A stretch of 64,000 bases of DNA. It comes from Azolla caroliniana (lineage: Eukaryota; Plantae; Polypodiophyta). The DNA is taken from NCBI GenBank assembly GCA_043228905.1, contig JBHGNT010000004.1, forward strand, positions 4,030,001-4,094,000. The letters are read 5' to 3'. A program made the position numbers and the translations under genes. This document shows, in pieces, positions 59,581-64,000 of this stretch (position 1 is its first letter; the number at the start of each line of letters is the position of its first letter). The notes under the pieces were generated by a model. The model was given only the letters and a program-made list of their open reading frames with translations, ran no database searches and was not told where the DNA came from.

Positions 59581-59769
59581 GTCACAAAGTGATGCCCAAA
59601 GTTATGGTGCACAAATCCATTTATGTTGCACGTTTATGTTGCACATTTATGGTGCTCATTTATATAATTAAAACATTCTAATGTTTTCATTCATGGTGCA
59701 AAAATGACTATTTATCACTGGTAGCTTTTTGCATAGTTAATTGTTTCCACTCGCATGCTTTCACCCTAA

Positions 59770-62300
59770 ACCCACGATGGCCGGGGAAGAGGTTTCCAAG
59801 CAAGACACAGATGCAGTCCTAGAGCTTCGACGAGAATAAGAAGCATTCGACCGTGAATGGAAGTTTCCCGGTGCGTTATGGCTTCGGCATTAGAAGAAAT
59901 CAATTTCGGAACCGCCGAGGAGCCGCGACCAATTTCCATAGCCAAGGATTTGCTGACTCCAGAAAAAGCGCCTCTGATCCAGCTGTTACGAGAGTATATG
60001 GATGTATTTGCCTAGCCGCACAAAGATATGAAGGGGCTCGACCCAAAATTTTACCAACACCAAATACATTTATCAAAGGATGCCAAGCCCATCCAACATC
60101 GCCACTACCGAATGAATCTGAATTACAAGGTCTGCATAAAGGAAGAATTGAGAAATTACTAAAAATCGGATTCATTCGCCTCGTCGAGAAGGCGACATGG
60201 TTGAGTCCGATCCTCATGGTATCGAATAAAACGGAAAGATTTGGGTGTGCATCAATTATAGGAATTTAAATGTCGTGACCGTCACTGATGCATTTCCTCT
60301 ACCATTCACTGATGGAGTGTTGGATGTCGTGGCCGGCCACGAGATATACAACTTTCTAGACAGATTTAACGGTTACAACCAAATTCGTATGCATCTCGAC
60401 GATCAGGAGAAGACGACGTTCGTCACGGACTGGGGTGTGTTCGTAGTCGTCGTAATGATGTTAGGTCTAAAAACCGCGCCGGCAACATTTCAAAGAATAA
60501 TCACATAAATATTTGGTGAGTACATATCAGCCTTTATGCAGGTATTCCTAGATGATTTTGCAGTTTATAGCACAAGGAGCGAGCATCTGCAGCACCTCCA
60601 ATTATGTTTACAGAGATGTAGAGTGGCAATGCTTAGCATCAACCCGGCCAAGTGTGTGTTCAGCGTGACAAGTGGCGCACTCTTAGGCCATATAGTGAGC
60701 AGCGAAGGCATTGTAGTGGACCTGGGGAAAATTAAGGCAATAATTGATGTGTCGAGCCCAAAAAATCGCAAAGGCACTAAATCGTTTCTTAGGTAAGATC
60801 TGATGGCACAGTCGAATGTTGCATTACCTCACCGACTTCACAACGCTTTACACGCGGCGGTACATCGCATGTCGTTCAAATGGACGGAAATCGAAGAAAA
60901 GGCATATCAGGAATTGAAAGTCATGTTGTTACAAGCACTAGTTGCCCAACCCCCATACTAGATGCACCAATTCCACGTGTTCATCGATGCGTCCGACATT
61001 GTAATCGGTAGTGCATTAATGCAGCTCACTAAGCCGAACTAGTATCGTCCGATCTACTATACGAGTCAAAAGCTCATAGCAGCTGAGCGCAATTATTCAA
61101 CGACCGAACGCAAAGCACTAGGTATGATTTATAGCATAAATAAGTTTCGACACTACCTACTTGGCCGAAAATTCATGTTTCACGTGGACCATGCCGCCCT
61201 ACTCTACCTAGTATCTCAAAGCAATCCCTCACGAGTAAATTGGCAAGATGGATGTTCTTGCTTCAAGAATTTGAATTTGATATCCAACATAAGCTAAGAA
61301 CCCAGCACACCATTGCCGATTATTTAAGCCGAATCGAGACGGGTGAGGAAACCAATGGCATCTATGACAACTTTCCGGATAGTGACATATTACGGATTTC
61401 CACATCGGAGACTAAAGCAGAAAGGGTCTCCCCGGACAACAAGTGGCTTGGGGAGATGGTGCATTTTCTGACCACGGGATTGCCGCCACCGTGAATGCGG
61501 ACTGATGAGAAGAAGCACTTGGTCGTATGCTGCCGGAATTGTTGCCTCTTACAAGGAACTCTATACCACAAGGGCAGTGACGGTATCTGGCATCGATGCA
61601 TTCGCAATGATGAAAAAACAATCGTTCTCCACGAAGCCCACTATGGTGTGGTCGGGTAGCACTATGCCGGCGAAGCAACAATGTAGAAAGTACGACAAAT
61701 AAAACTTTGCAGAGTATCTTGAAGAAAATCGTCAATGAAAATTGAACAGACTGGGATACGAAGCTCCAAAGCGCCCTCTAGGCTTACCGGAGAAGTTTTG
61801 AGACCATTATCCAGTCGACGTCATTCAGATTAGTGTTCGGACTCAAGGTAGTCATGCCAATCAAATTTCAAGTCCCGAGTTTGCGCGTTCAAGTACGCAA
61901 ACATCTCACAGAAAGGGAGTCAGAACAAGTGCAGCTTCTAAAACTCTTGGAACTTAGAGAAAACCAGATCCACAGCATGGCCATCCTGGAACAGGAACAA
62001 CAACGGCGGAAAGCATTTGTCGACAGGCATCAACAAGGGAATGAAAAGGCATTCGAAATTGGCAAAGTCGTACTCGTGTCCCAAACATGCATGAGGCAGA
62101 TGCTATTGAAGCTCGGTTCCGGTGGACGAGACCATATTGGATACTGGACGTCGAAAACGACACTTTCGAACTCAGAACGTTAGCTAGTGAAGTGTTGTTG
62201 AAGAAAGTCAACAGATTTTGGCTCAAACCATACTTGGGGCCCACACCACTGAACCCGTTTTCGAAAAACCAAAAAAGCATTAACAACCAAGCGACTCCCC
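59770..62300 (+). pseudogene. Degenerate gypsy pol (RT-RH-INT) of a second lineage, possibly belonging to element J
   Basis: WLSPI, DAFPLP, FLDRFNGYNQI, GLKTAPATFQR, VFLDDF, FIDASD, ARWMFLLQEFEFDI, RFRWTRPY. Confidence 0.85.
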
Positions 62301-62669
62301 ACCGAATCAACCTCGCGCGAGGGACCCCACTCCTTATAAATAGAGGGATGCCTTAATGTACCATTATTGTAAACATGATTGTATATTACCGTTCCAAACT
62401 GGAAAAAAAAGGGCATTTGGGACTATTTAAAGACCGTTTGCATGCAAACACGCAACCCAAGAAAGCAAGTATCTTACTGTTCACACGCATGGTGCCATGG
62501 CACGAAGAATCTTGAAAGATGATTTCTCTCGCCAAACCACACAAAAAGCTAGCCTGGGTATTTTACCAAGTATTTCGAGCATAAATGAACGTAGAGCTCA
62601 GAGGAGAATACTCCCTCTCTCTCTCTGCACACAGTTAACCCCTCTACAAATCCCAACCCTCTCCTCGCC

Positions 62670-63700
62670 ATGGCCATCGACATTCCCGCTACCCTTAGAC
62701 AATGGCTCATCAAGCACGGCTTAGTAGGTTACATAAGATTCACGAAGGCAAAACCCCACCCCAACGCCCACAACATCGGCATGAAGATTAATGTTGATAT
62801 TATCACCAACCCCACGATCAGAAAAAAGTTGGGCCTAAGTCCACTCGGAGATCGGTGTTTCGATAGTCTTCCCACTGCTGTGTTGGAAAAGTATTTTGGG
62901 GAGTATTCTGCCTCCACAAAGGCATATAAAACACAGTAGGCTCCGGACATCTTCTTCCGAGATGTCGCCAAATTTCTGTTGGAGGTTGCTTGCGTGCATC
63001 CCAAATCTTATGGGATGCCGAAGCATAAGGTAGGAGTAATCATAGCGACGTATGAAGACACTCCCATCGATTGGGGCTTCATCACAGGTGCGGCCTTACA
63101 CGTCGGACTCCTCGCGCTACATGCCTAGAAGAAATTGCTCCCAATCATCTAACAATACTTCACAGGTCGGCCACCGTTGGGTCTCTAATCCAAGAAAGCG
63201 AGGTCCTCGCTTATCGGGAAATTCTGGCAGTTGCCCATGAGTTCGCTGCCATTGTCCAGTTCGGCACGACTTTAGAACTCATGGAATTCCTCGCCACACA
63301 GCAGGTAGCAACAGCTCAGCGCATGGCTGAAGAGCACGCGAAAAGGTAGATGATCCAGTGAGCTATAGCTGGATTAATCGAGCCAGAGGAAGAATAGGCC
63401 CTAAGCAAGATCAGCTACAAGCGGCAGGCTAACGGAGGGTAGATGGCAATCGAGTTGCTAGCGTTGAACATGGCCCTGGTCGAAGTTCACCACGAATTGG
63501 CTCACGTGCATTTAGGAGCGAAACAAGTAAGCATGACGAACAGCAAAAGACTAAGCGGCAACTGCAGGACGCGTAGAACTTGATCGCCCAATTAGAACAT
63601 CTACAGGAAGCCAAATCGGCTACCACCACAGATGGCCCCTCCATAGCCGAAATCCAGGCACTACACGAGGAAGTCGAAGCACAATAAGAGATGGCGCGAG
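62670..63700 (+). pseudogene. Degenerate extra ORF downstream of the gypsy integrase
   Basis: MAIDIPATLRQWL...KYFGEY...IDWGFITGAAL, read through isolated stops, then a coiled-coil-like region. Confidence 0.45.
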
Positions 63701-63928
63701 GAAGTCATTTGTGTTTTTGTGTGTGAATGCTAAAACAGCAAAAGACTAAGCGGCAACTGCAGGACGCGTAGAACTTGATCGCCCAATTAGAACATCTACA
63801 AGAAGCCAAATCGGCTACCACCACAGATGGCCCCTCCATAGCCGAAATCCAGGCACTACATGAGGAAGTCGAAGCACAGCAAGAGATGACGCGAGGAAGT
63901 CATTTGTGTTTTTGTGTGTGAATGCTAA
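63539..63928. repeat. Direct tandem duplication, 2 x 195 bp
   Basis: aacagcaaaagactaagcggc...gtgtgaatgcta repeated at offset 195; AACA microhomology at the junction. Confidence 0.92.
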
Positions 63929-64000
63929 AACATTGTGTGTGTGTTTTTCAATCTATGTTACTTCTTTCTCTGTTATCCATCTTTTTTCACTAAAGGTAAA

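Overview
Eukaryotic, almost certainly land-plant DNA; the TE types suggest a non-angiosperm, which is inference. There is one host gene fragment, the last exon (410-1185) of a GID1-like/CXE carboxylesterase. The remaining ~61 kb is a deeply nested retrotransposon pile, and most insertions can be bounded by LTR termini, PBS/PPT and target-site duplications (TSDs). Ty1/copia content: two young copies of one family (10480-15839, TSD CTTAG; 22105-34811, TSD TATTT), an RT-deleted copy (16416-21023), and several older remnants. A 5'-truncated RTEX-like LINE sits at ~36430-39170. The most notable feature is a guild of five related Ty3/gypsy-type insertions: two near-autonomous elements (25918-33184 +; 47596-54590 -), two Gag-only non-autonomous elements (35820-46897; 41155-44725) and a solo LTR (18777-19487). 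The four with internal regions have a tRNA-Trp PBS. All five have TGTCG...CGACA-type LTR ends and a 4-bp CpG-centred TSD, ACG[G/T]. The autonomous members appear to express RT-RH-INT by a -1 ribosomal frameshift: a GGAUUUU heptamer, a 6-nt spacer and an H-type pseudoknot with a compensatory base change between copies. One Gag-only member carries a tRNA-like Pol III promoter in its LTR. Coordinates were counted by eye. Boundaries of old remnants are approximate and no database searches were run.
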